Shown one piece after another: positions 36,737 to 44,749 of a stretch of 64,000 bases of DNA; the first letter of the stretch is position 1, and every line of letters begins with the position of its first letter. The DNA is from a virus (lineage: Duplodnaviria > Caudoviricetes). The notes beneath the pieces are model-generated. The model was not told where the DNA came from. It worked only from the letters and a program-made list of their open reading frames with translations, and searched no databases. The position numbers were made by a program, and so were the translations under genes. The stretch lies in the IMG/VR virus record IMGVR_UViG_3300027708_000015, one strand, 5' to 3'.

Positions 36737-36870
36737 TTGGTGTCCTTACAATCACAATCTCTACCTTGTCTACAATTCCCAGTACAGGCACTGTTGATAT
36801 TTTTTGGCCATCTTAGGCATAATGCTATCAATATAGCCCAACCAACTATAAAGCAAAATAGAAAAAACAT
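36733..36870 (-). CDS. Small membrane protein with Cys-rich tail (45 aa, not in the ORF track)
   Basis: Hand-translated MFFLFCFIVGWAILIALCLRWPKNINSACTGNCRQGRDCDCKDTK; GGAG RBS 6 nt upstream; stop overlaps the next ATG. Confidence 0.65.
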   Translation of the reverse strand: MFFLFCFIVGWAILIALCLRWPKNINSACTGNCRQGRDCDCKDTK

Positions 36871-36880
36871 TTTCATCTCC

Positions 36881-37048
36881 TTATATGCCCAATCGGCCTA
36901 TAAACCATTTTTTGGCAAATTTACTATAGCGAACTAGATAAATTTTTTTATTCCATTTTAGTCTTAAACCAATACTGCTCATACTAGACAAAGGATAAAA
37001 ATTTATGCCGTTATCTAATTTATCACCCTCATGTCTAAAGTATATCAT
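36881..37048 (-). CDS. Small hypothetical protein (55 aa, not in the ORF track)
   Basis: MIYFRHEGDKLDNGINFYP...; ATG overlaps the queE stop (TAATG). Confidence 0.55.
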   Translation of the reverse strand: MIYFRHEGDKLDNGINFYPLSSMSSIGLRLKWNKKIYLVRYSKFAKKWFIGRLGI

Positions 37049-37902
37049 TAGGTTCCCCATTCGTTCTTGAATAACGGCACTTGTAAACGGTCGCTGTAAC
37101 GCAGTCCGTGTTTCATAGCCGCCACTGCTACTGCACGATTGTTCAATGCGTATACGCTTTCAACTCCGCCAATGGGCATTAGATAACAATGTCCTGTAAA
37201 GCCGTTTTCTCGATAGATATCCAATGTTTCAATTGCTTCTTCAATATCGTCTTCGGTAGCAACTACAAATTTGAGATAAGTGTGTCCTATATCTTGATAT
37301 TGCAACAGTACTTCTGGTTTGATAGCTTCATCTCTACTTTCGCCTGAACAACTTAATTTGGCACTGACACTAAATGTAACTTCACGAACTTTAAAATCTT
37401 CAGGAAATTGCCACTTCATTAAGTAGTCTTCAAATTCTTTAGTCAAAGATTGAGTGCCATTTGTTTCAAATGTAATTTCTTGTAAGTCTGCCATGCGAGG
37501 ATGATCTAATAAATCTGGATAAGCCTTTTGCCAACCCAGCAACGGTTCACCGCCAGTTATAACAAGATGTGCATCTTGCCATTTGTTTTCGGGAAGTATC
37601 TCCATTGTGCGTTCTACAATAGCATCAGTAGTCAGCATTGGGCTAAGATTCTTAAAGCGTGGATCCCAACTGGCATAGCTGTCACATCCTGTACTAACAA
37701 GCGGTAGTTCTTTGTAGTCATTGAACATGTGTACAACTTCAGCAATATCTTCAACTTCTTTGCTTAGTTCACCTTTGGGCATACCAAAGCCTGCACATTT
37801 AAAATTACAACCAAATGTACGCAAGAAAACAGACGGTACACCCATGTAACGTCCTTCACCTTGGATACTATAAAATAATTCTGCTATTTTAATTTTACTC
37901 AT
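37048..37902 (-). CDS. queE: 7-carboxy-7-deazaguanine synthase (radical SAM)
   Basis: IAELFYSIQGEG...PSVFLRTFGCNFKC...CDS (CX3CX36C), VITGGEP, ITFETNGT, SVSAK, RYSDRLQ. Confidence 0.92.
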   Translation of the reverse strand: MSKIKIAELFYSIQGEGRYMGVPSVFLRTFGCNFKCAGFGMPKGELSKEVEDIAEVVHMFNDYKELPLVSTGCDSYASWDPRFKNLSPMLTTDAIVERTMEILPENKWQDAHLVITGGEPLLGWQKAYPDLLDHPRMADLQEITFETNGTQSLTKEFEDYLMKWQFPEDFKVREVTFSVSAKLSCSGESRDEAIKPEVLLQYQDIGHTYLKFVVATEDDIEEAIETLDIYRENGFTGHCYLMPIGGVESVYALNNRAVAVAAMKHGLRYSDRLQVPLFKNEWGT

Positions 37903-38297
37903 TCACAATCACCTTGTTCTGCTAATTTTGTTACTTTAGCACGTTCTGCCTTGTTTTGTCTAGTATTACGAAAAGATTCTACATCTTCCACTGCACTTAG
38001 TAATGTATTAGCATAATTGAATGCCTGTTGTCGACTCATTATCACAGTGGATTCTGTGTCAATATAGCCTTTGGTCAACAATGTCCAAACAGCATGCCAG
38101 CGAGTTTTACTCCACCAGTTGCTTTTTACAGTTGTATAGATAGTAACACTAACTTCGTGATCATCAGCTTCTACCCATACATGATGATCGTGATCCGATG
38201 CACCGCAGTTACATGTAACACGATAAACTTTTGAGTCTCCCCAATCGTTTGTTTGCATTATGCCTTCGGCAGGTACTTGTATTTCTAATGATTTCAT
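37899..38297 (-). CDS. Hypothetical protein between folE and queE
   Basis: 132-aa ORF with CxCxxxxH motif (CNCGASDH). Confidence 0.6.
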   Translation of the reverse strand: MKSLEIQVPAEGIMQTNDWGDSKVYRVTCNCGASDHDHHVWVEADDHEVSVTIYTTVKSNWWSKTRWHAVWTLLTKGYIDTESTVIMSRQQAFNYANTLLSAVEDVESFRNTRQNKAERAKVTKLAEQGDCE

Positions 38298-39049
38298 CTC
38301 GGAGCAAACTCCTGTTGCATTTTGATATTGTCAAAAAATTCTTTCTTTGTTCCTGGATCGGTATTAAAAGCACCTTTGAGTACTGTAGTCTGTGTTAGAC
38401 TAGAGTGCGCCATAATGCCACGATTCTCACAGCATCCGTGTACAGCTTGAATGTACACACCTAGGTCTGTGGCTCCTGTGGCTTTAGCAATTTCTCTTGC
38501 GATGTCGTTGCACAGTTCTTCCTGTAAAGTACCACGCCGAGCACACCACTGAGCAATGCGAGTATACTTAGACAAACCAATGAGCTTCTCGGCAGCGATG
38601 ATTCCAATATATGCAACTCCGCTAACTGGTTGATGATGATGAGAACACATACTGCGGAGTTCACTGCGAACAACGAGCATGCCTTCATAACGGTCTGCCG
38701 AATCATTTGGAAATGCTGTTGCGTCTGGTGCTGATTCATATCTTCCTGCCATTATTTCATTAAAGTACATCTTGGCCAAGCGTCGGGCTGTGCCTTTGCT
38801 GTTAGGATCGTTTTCACGATCAATTAACAAGCAATCTAACACTTTTTCAAATGCTAGAGTTGTTTCATTAATTAAATCTTCTTTCATTTTATCATCAATA
38901 TATTCACTGATGTTATCTCCAGCCCAGAACCTTTTACCATTACGTTTCATTACAAAACCTAAATAGTTGTGTGCAGTGCCTTCTTGATATCCGCTATCGC
39001 CGTACATGGCGTCAAGTGCTGTTTCGTTGTATGTTCTTGATTCTGTCAA
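38294..39049 (-). CDS. folE: GTP cyclohydrolase I
   Basis: GTARRLAKMY, SMCSHHHQP, GLSKYTR, LQEEL, HGCCENRG; annotated start is TTG with GGAG RBS. Confidence 0.95.
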   Translation of the reverse strand: MTESRTYNETALDAMYGDSGYQEGTAHNYLGFVMKRNGKRFWAGDNISEYIDDKMKEDLINETTLAFEKVLDCLLIDRENDPNSKGTARRLAKMYFNEIMAGRYESAPDATAFPNDSADRYEGMLVVRSELRSMCSHHHQPVSGVAYIGIIAAEKLIGLSKYTRIAQWCARRGTLQEELCNDIAREIAKATGATDLGVYIQAVHGCCENRGIMAHSSLTQTTVLKGAFNTDPGTKKEFFDNIKMQQEFAPR

Positions 39050-39088
39050 TTTTATTCTCCGAGTTAGTGACGTGGATGTCTTAGTACT

Positions 39089-39117
39089 ACTATATAGGTT
39101 TATTTAGGTTTTTGCAA
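39089..39117 (-). promoter_or_regulatory. Sigma70-like promoter (TTGCAA-N17-TATAGT) with a late-type CCTAAATA inside the spacer
   Basis: Minus strand TTGCAA aaacctaaataaaccta TATAGT upstream of folE. Confidence 0.55.
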
Positions 39118-39128
39118 ATATTTTGTGT

Positions 39129-39386
39129 TCAAATTTTTTCTGATATCAGTACTTTGCATAAAGTAGCATCTATCTCTGACTTGAAGTAAAAATCCATTTT
39201 GTCATGACTGGGGTGACTGGTGTATCTATTTCCAGGTAATCCAAAGACGTCTAATACATCTGCGCAGGTATCGTTCCACCAGTATTCTTTCTGTCCACGC
39301 CATGGGATACTTACAACATGTGTGTATCCTGCATCACGTGCAGGAATACGACTGTCCCAATTGCGATGTTTTTTACTGCCCTTCAT
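39129..39386 (-). CDS. Hypothetical protein (likely start MKGSKK at 39386)
   Basis: ORF track 39129-39425; the upstream 52-aa gene overlaps, which favours the second ATG. Confidence 0.5.
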   Translation of the reverse strand: MKGSKKHRNWDSRIPARDAGYTHVVSIPWRGQKEYWWNDTCADVLDVFGLPGNRYTSHPSHDKMDFYFKSEIDATLCKVLISEKI

Positions 39387-39531
39387 GCTTCTTGGCCTCT
39401 GCAATTTCGTACTGCAGATATTCAATGTAGGACATCAATGCTTCGCGCCCTCTTTCAGTAGGCATTTTTAAAGTGTCTTCAGTAGCTTGTTTGAGTTTAT
39501 CTTCAAGCTCTTGTACAGATAAACTTTTCAT
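39373..39531 (-). CDS. Small helical hypothetical protein (52 aa, not in the ORF track)
   Basis: MKSLSVQELEDKLKQ...YIEYLQYEIAEAKKHEGQ; ATGA overlap with the upstream gene. Confidence 0.55.
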   Translation of the reverse strand: MKSLSVQELEDKLKQATEDTLKMPTERGREALMSYIEYLQYEIAEAKKHEGQ

Positions 39532-39773
39532 TTTCTAGTTCCAAGTTTAATAATACTGCTACCGCCAAACAAGATATTAAAAGCCAACCAAGTTTGCCAA
39601 GTCAACTGTATATTTAGGTACTGCGGAAACAAAGTGTTCAACGCCCAAATACCTATGATAGGTCCAAAAGCAACGGCAACTACAATTAATGCAATACCAA
39701 AGCCAAGTTTAATTAGTGATCCAGTTAATGATGTCATTTCCAAAATTCCTCCCAAGGATAAACGAGCCAGCAA
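39528..39773 (-). CDS. Small two-helix membrane protein
   Basis: Two hydrophobic stretches (FGIALIVVAVAFGPIIGIWALNTLF; WLAFNILFGG). Confidence 0.55.
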   Translation of the reverse strand: MLARLSLGGILEMTSLTGSLIKLGFGIALIVVAVAFGPIIGIWALNTLFPQYLNIQLTWQTWLAFNILFGGSSIIKLGTRK

Positions 39774-40222
39774 TCTTCTTCTGCTTTATTGACTTCCCAA
39801 TAGGTATAATCAACATCCTGGTTGCTAGATAGATTGTTGGTCAATGTAGCAAACCGAACATTTTGTCCCCAGATATTGTTCCATTTGGGATCATCGGGAA
39901 GCGCACTGGATTGCCAATCGTGCTTGATCCATTCAATTGTGCTGCCTTGGTCATTGATATCGTCAACAACCAAAATGTTTACACCATTGAATGCATCTTC
40001 TGCCATTCCACAATCACTTACACAAATGCCGCCGTCTCTCAGGCTGACCATAAGTGTGGCCATGGGAATATCTAAATATTGACTGATCAAGTTAGCGGGT
40101 ACTAGCCCACCTCGATTAAGACCAACTATGTATTTTGGTAACCAATTATCTTGAACCATTTGACGAGAAAGGTCTAAACAACCACCTTCTACTTGTTGCC
40201 AAGTGTAGTATATTTTCTTCAT
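39734..40222 (-). CDS. gpt: Type I phosphoribosyltransferase (xanthine/guanine PRTase-like)
   Basis: IVGLNRGGLVPA, PRPP-binding loop ILVVDDINDQGST, WLVYPWE C-terminus. Confidence 0.8.
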   Translation of the reverse strand: MKKIYYTWQQVEGGCLDLSRQMVQDNWLPKYIVGLNRGGLVPANLISQYLDIPMATLMVSLRDGGICVSDCGMAEDAFNGVNILVVDDINDQGSTIEWIKHDWQSSALPDDPKWNNIWGQNVRFATLTNNLSSNQDVDYTYWEVNKAEEDCWLVYPWEEFWK

Positions 40223-40437
40223 TGCAGTATCGCTGGTGTAAATTTTTTAACTTGTGTTCTACTAGCTGAAATATTGTCAACCATTGCATTGTAGTCAATT
40301 TCGTCTAGCCCTGATTTGTATATGCTTAAAGAAATAGCCATCATAACAGCGGCAACTTCCATAGCACCGTATTTCTCAACCATACCGTCGGCAATACCCA
40401 AATATAAATCGTATAATTCTTGTAAATTATCGCTCAT
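40219..40437 (-). CDS. Hypothetical protein (likely start MSDNLQ)
   Basis: ATGA overlap with the upstream stop. Confidence 0.5.
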   Translation of the reverse strand: MSDNLQELYDLYLGIADGMVEKYGAMEVAAVMMAISLSIYKSGLDEIDYNAMVDNISASRTQVKKFTPAILQ

Positions 40438-40664
40438 GCTGTCAATGCCTGTGCAAGAGTTGCCATTTCTTCTTTGGTCATAAAGAAATTGTATACAGCA
40501 GTATCTGTGATTTTGCCGTCTTTCAAACATTGCTGTTCCATATCAACACTGAACAAGCCTTTAGGCATGAGTACTTCATGTTTTTTCAACACAAGGCGGA
40601 ACCCTTCGTGTTCTTTAATAATTGTTTCTGTGTAGGTATCTTTGATCGATTCATGTAGTTTCAT
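40434..40664 (-). CDS. Hypothetical protein (likely start MKLHES)
   Basis: Part of the track ORF 40434-40706. Confidence 0.5.
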   Translation of the reverse strand: MKLHESIKDTYTETIIKEHEGFRLVLKKHEVLMPKGLFSVDMEQQCLKDGKITDTAVYNFFMTKEEMATLAQALTA

Positions 40665-41076
40665 TGTCAGTTCCTTTAATTGCATGCCACATTCTGTATT
40701 TGGCAAGTTCGTTTATATAATCGTAGTACATTTTTTGTAGCTTGGGATGCTTCTTTTCAAGTATAACATCTCGTTCTGGAATTTGCAATACCTTTTCGAT
40801 TGTGTTTAACCGTTCTTCTAAATTTCGTCCGTTAATTACTAGATCACCTTTGACGTCAAGTGTAGGCTGACTTTTGCCTGCATTAACAGTCAACACTTGG
40901 TCGTAGTTGTTGAGTGTCGCCCAATTGACAGTACCGGTTCCTGTAGTTGTGTAAACTTGTCCGCTCAACTGCGGAGGTACGGCTCCGTATCCAGATAAAG
41001 TAGTGGCAACGGTATTAACCGTTTTGTTTACGGGAAGCGAGATAGTTGTCATTGTGTATCCATTTATTATCGACAA
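40651..41076 (-). CDS. Hypothetical protein with T/G-rich N-terminus
   Basis: 141-aa ORF; C-terminal LDVKGD...LEERL...LEKKHPKL. Confidence 0.55.
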   Translation of the reverse strand: MSIINGYTMTTISLPVNKTVNTVATTLSGYGAVPPQLSGQVYTTTGTGTVNWATLNNYDQVLTVNAGKSQPTLDVKGDLVINGRNLEERLNTIEKVLQIPERDVILEKKHPKLQKMYYDYINELAKYRMWHAIKGTDNETT

Positions 41077-41494
41077 GGAATCCCCATTGTCGTTTGTGTG
41101 GGCCCGGCATAAACAATGTCCATGCTGTAACGCCTGGTTTTAATTCTACTCGATGATAGCTGTTGGGCCTGCATATACGGAAATGCCCAGGACCACGCCA
41201 TTTACGAATTTCACAACTTTTAGTTCCATCTGGATTGAATTGGGGGATCCATTCATAATAACCGCCAGCTAAAATAAATGTAGCATATGACCATGGGTGA
41301 TCATGCACATCGTCTGGATCGCCTTTTAGAAACTTGTGAATGTAGATATTGAATCCAGTGTGGTATCTGGTATTGAATAATGGATAGTAACGTTCCAAGT
41401 ATGGCTCGTTATCCACACGATCCATGATCACACGTTTACGGCCTTTGCTATCAAGCCAATTAAGGAAGCGGTCTCTGATCTTCTGGAGTATCAT
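41015..41494 (-). CDS. RmlC-like cupin domain protein
   Basis: HDHPWSYATFILAGGYYE and HRVEL cupin motifs 1 and 2. Confidence 0.75.
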   Translation of the reverse strand: MILQKIRDRFLNWLDSKGRKRVIMDRVDNEPYLERYYPLFNTRYHTGFNIYIHKFLKGDPDDVHDHPWSYATFILAGGYYEWIPQFNPDGTKSCEIRKWRGPGHFRICRPNSYHRVELKPGVTAWTLFMPGPHKRQWGFLVDNKWIHNDNYLASRKQNG

Positions 41495-41831
41495 AATGGT
41501 CTTTTACTAGTTTATATGTTGTCTTAAATTTATCAAATGCTATTTTTAATGCTGGGTATTCTTTACACATTGTCTGGATTCTATTCCAGTCGGGAAAACA
41601 GCCATCCCATTCTTCAGGTGCACTCCAACTGAATCCACTACCGGCACCACCAATAGTGAATCCTGTACTAGAACTGCTAGTACCGCCACTACTGATAGTT
41701 ATTGTACCACTGTTGGACCCACCCATACCTGCACCTGTAGTATAATAGTAGCTGTCACTGGTACTATTACTAATGGTGATAGTATCAGTTGATGTGATCG
41801 AGTAATTTGTTAGCACTGAAGAAGTTGTCAT
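41460..41831 (-). CDS. Hypothetical protein with S/T/G-rich N-terminus
   Basis: 123-aa ORF; C-terminal MCKEYPALKIAFDKFK. Confidence 0.55.
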   Translation of the reverse strand: MTTSSVLTNYSITSTDTITISNSTSDSYYYTTGAGMGGSNSGTITISSGGTSSSSTGFTIGGAGSGFSWSAPEEWDGCFPDWNRIQTMCKEYPALKIAFDKFKTTYKLVKDHYDTPEDQRPLP

Positions 41832-42885
41832 GCAGATCCCTTGTCTGTTTACGTATGGCAGGTATCCTTGTAGAATAATTGTCCATATGTTCTATAATCT
41901 TACGGCACAAATCTGGGCGATACACAGTGTATGTATCATAATCATTTGTCCATACGCTGGGATATTTGAATGTGTCGTAATACATTTCACTGTAACTAAG
42001 TCTATCTGGAACCATTGGTATAGCATCTACTACTGCACCTTCGTAACAACTGATGCCCAGCGTTTCTTGCAGATTGGCACTGAATACCATTTTTGCTTCG
42101 CCTAACAAGTTGTGATATTCATTTTTTGTTAACTGTTGATCCTGACACACTACAAATTCATACTGAGGCAAATGATGTGCTAAGTCTCTAAAAATCTCAA
42201 CTTGTTTTTCTGGGGCAATACGATGTGGAAAAAGAATAAGGTCACGTTTGGGCATATTCTTGTACATGGTCAAGGTATCGTCCATATACTCCATGGGCCA
42301 ACCTGTGCGTACAAATTTATCACTAAATGTGCCAGCACGTAGTTCTGCTAGATCGTCCTCAAACCAAGGATTCTCTGTTGGATAATCATTTAATAGATTG
42401 GTAAAGAATAATTCAATGTGAAACTGTGTAGCAAAGTAATTATAATCAAATGCGTAGAAGAAACTCTTCTCTGCATGACGTACCCAGGGTTTAGCACCAA
42501 CCAGTCGACCCAAGAAGTCTTGAGGATCATAACTACCAGCATGCCATAGGCCATGCGTAGTTACTGGTATATTCAGCAACTCACTCATGTACTTTAAGTT
42601 TATGATGCCAGGGTGCCAAGCATCAGTAAAGATGAAGTGATCATTAGGATTAATTGATCCGGAGCAAAATAAGCGGCCAATCTTCTCAACTTGACTAGCC
42701 TTGTAAATATTGGTGCCGCCAAAATTAAGAAAAGCACCAGGAGTAGTGGCTTTAGGAATATCCTCAGGGCCAGAGATAATTTGAACATTGTGTCCTGCCT
42801 TGCGTAAGAGATTAGGTACATGGCGTTTCCATTCGCCAGTGTACCGTGTGTCAACAGCTTCTAGATCAACTAGGAATACGGTCAT
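41785..42885 (-). CDS. GT-B fold (GT4-like) glycosyltransferase (likely start MTVFLVD at 42885)
   Basis: FTDAWHPG, HAGSYDP, ILFPHRIAPEK donor-binding motif, QETLGISCYEGA (E-x7-E), PMVPDRLSY. Confidence 0.85.
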   Translation of the reverse strand: MTVFLVDLEAVDTRYTGEWKRHVPNLLRKAGHNVQIISGPEDIPKATTPGAFLNFGGTNIYKASQVEKIGRLFCSGSINPNDHFIFTDAWHPGIINLKYMSELLNIPVTTHGLWHAGSYDPQDFLGRLVGAKPWVRHAEKSFFYAFDYNYFATQFHIELFFTNLLNDYPTENPWFEDDLAELRAGTFSDKFVRTGWPMEYMDDTLTMYKNMPKRDLILFPHRIAPEKQVEIFRDLAHHLPQYEFVVCQDQQLTKNEYHNLLGEAKMVFSANLQETLGISCYEGAVVDAIPMVPDRLSYSEMYYDTFKYPSVWTNDYDTYTVYRPDLCRKIIEHMDNYSTRIPAIRKQTRDLHDNFFSANKLLDHIN

Positions 42886-43126
42886 TGCTATTGTACCGTG
42901 GATTCTTACCGAGGTAAGGTTTACGTTCGCCTGTGAACGGCTTTTTAGGACGACGACTCTTGTCGAAGTTGCGCCACTGCCAGCTTTCTCTATTGTAGAG
43001 ATGACCTTCGTTAAACTCACAAAGTTCTGAACGGCACCAGTTATGGAATGCCTCTAGATCTTCGAACAGTTTTACAATGTCCGGACGAGTTGAAAAGTAA
43101 CTGACTTCTTTGTAATTCTTAGCCAT
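42866..43126 (-). CDS. Small basic hypothetical protein (likely start MAKNYK)
   Basis: R/K-rich C-terminus; overlaps the GT start. Confidence 0.55.
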   Translation of the reverse strand: MAKNYKEVSYFSTRPDIVKLFEDLEAFHNWCRSELCEFNEGHLYNRESWQWRNFDKSRRPKKPFTGERKPYLGKNPRYNSNDRIPS

Positions 43127-43139
43127 AATAGCCTCTATT

Positions 43140-43535
43140 TTAATATTTGATAAATGAACCATTTTCTCCATCTTCGGAGACCTCAATCCAAACCTCACGG
43201 CCTGGATACTTTGCTGAGATAGCGTCAAACAAATCGCCTGACATCATCTCACAACTTTTGTAGTCTAACGCCAGTATACTATCTTTATAAAGATTTAGCA
43301 ACCATCGTTTGAACTGAATAAACTCAATATCACGATCGTCATGTGTAACACTTATCCATACTTTGAAATGGAATATATGACGATGCGGAGAAGCCAAAAA
43401 CGACACATCATATTCATCCCCTGTTGCTAGGGTAGGATCGGTAGCTGCCGCTGGATATGCATGGATTCCTTCTTTGCTAAATGTGACCCAAATCATTTTG
43501 TTAGGTCTAATGTCTTGTCGTATTGTAATGTTCAT
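43140..43535 (-). CDS. QueD-like T-fold protein with LxxxHRHxF motif (QueD substitute or DpdL-like CDG decarboxylase)
   Basis: EGIHAYP, FLASPHRHIFHF, RDIEFIQFK, SCEMM, VSEDGENG pattern of a tunnel-fold enzyme; sits in the deazaguanine cluster. Confidence 0.7.
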   Translation of the reverse strand: MNITIRQDIRPNKMIWVTFSKEGIHAYPAAATDPTLATGDEYDVSFLASPHRHIFHFKVWISVTHDDRDIEFIQFKRWLLNLYKDSILALDYKSCEMMSGDLFDAISAKYPGREVWIEVSEDGENGSFIKY

Positions 43536-43951
43536 TGTGCAGGTTCCCATAGTGAGCCAGGTAGTTCAATTTCGTAAGAATATCTGTTTAGATGATGTTT
43601 ACTTTGTATTGTAACATGAGCATGACAGTTTTTGCAAAGTATTTCTTTATTGGCTGGATCATTGTTATGACGATTTCCGTCTATATGATTTATGTCCAAC
43701 TGTTCAGGATACATGATGGTTGCTGTACACTTGAATCCGTGATGTGCATCTACGTTTGAACACCCTTGTTTTAATTTCCAATTATCCACTTCTGATTTCC
43801 TTTCATTTCTATGAGACTCACAACAGTTTTTCCATTTGATATTTGCAGACCCATCTTTTCCTTTATCTAAGTTATGATAACTTACTTTTGATGCACAGTC
43901 TGGTGCCGAGCATACTGGTGCATAGTTGTTGTATGGAGACCGTTTTCTCAT
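43532..43951 (-). CDS. HNH endonuclease-like protein with Cys-rich N-terminus
   Basis: LDINHIDGNRHNNDPANKEILCKNCH is an HNH motif; CxxxxC and CC upstream. Confidence 0.75.
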   Translation of the reverse strand: MRKRSPYNNYAPVCSAPDCASKVSYHNLDKGKDGSANIKWKNCCESHRNERKSEVDNWKLKQGCSNVDAHHGFKCTATIMYPEQLDINHIDGNRHNNDPANKEILCKNCHAHVTIQSKHHLNRYSYEIELPGSLWEPAQ

Positions 43952-44499
43952 TTTATAATCTCGTCTTTCGTATATTCATCCCAATTGGTAAAATACTTGC
44001 GTTGTGTGACAGCACCAATTGGTACACACCACACCCCTGGATTAGTTGCATCAAAGTCTTTGTCATCGATCTTGATTGTAGCATTATATCCTAGCTGATT
44101 TAGATAAGGCAATTTTACACTAATTTGTGGAATAAATCTACGATGTTCGGTTAAACCACTTTCTAAAAGACCTTCATGTTCACGTATATCAAAGTCCAAG
44201 GTACACCAATATCCAGCTTCTAAACAGTCCTGGATCATGTATTCCCATGGGCGCCAAGTGTCTACATCATTCACGCCATTAGTTTTGAAACTTTGATTAG
44301 CACCAAAATAGATATGTTTGATACGTTTGCTCTCGTCTAACAGTGCTTGGGTATCGTTAACAATATGTAACACAGTCTTAGGATCATGTACACCTACTAC
44401 AAACAGAGTTTTCATTCCGTATGCAGGAGTGCGTTCAATTTCAGTACCAACAAAGAATGTTACATCTTCGCTAGTACCACTAGTATATTCACGTTTCAT
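43948..44499 (-). CDS. Conserved deazaguanine-cluster protein, possibly DpdM-like
   Basis: FFVGTEIERTPAYGMKTLFVVG...HIYFGANQSF; lies two genes downstream of the TGT-like gene. The DpdM resemblance is from recall only. Confidence 0.4.
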   Translation of the reverse strand: MKREYTSGTSEDVTFFVGTEIERTPAYGMKTLFVVGVHDPKTVLHIVNDTQALLDESKRIKHIYFGANQSFKTNGVNDVDTWRPWEYMIQDCLEAGYWCTLDFDIREHEGLLESGLTEHRRFIPQISVKLPYLNQLGYNATIKIDDKDFDATNPGVWCVPIGAVTQRKYFTNWDEYTKDEIIK

Positions 44500-44749
44500 T
44501 TGTAAATTTTTTCCCTTCTTCCCAGTATTTGATCATACGTTGTACATCTTCCATGCGTTCTGTTACAACCTCTGGAGCGGCACGTTCCAATTCTTTCATG
44601 TTGTGATAACTGGGATAGTGACGTAAACACCAACGTGCTCGTTCACGGATTTCTTTAGGCAGACGCGGGGTTTTTTGAGGATTCATTAGATCCTGTAAAA
44701 ACTCTTCTGTTTTTTGTATGCTTCGAAATCTTTCATCTGGTAATGTCAT
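44489..44749 (-). CDS. Small conserved protein (BPSL0761-like)
   Basis: MTLPDER...TPRLPKEIRERARWCLRHYP pattern. Confidence 0.6.
   Translation of the reverse strand: MTLPDERFRSIQKTEEFLQDLMNPQKTPRLPKEIRERARWCLRHYPSYHNMKELERAAPEVVTERMEDVQRMIKYWEEGKKFTNET

Noticed and set aside
41785-43020. Extended 411-aa version of the glycosyltransferase from the ORF track
   Set aside because: The extra N-terminal 45 aa overlap another gene; the GT-B fold begins at MTVFLVD (42885).
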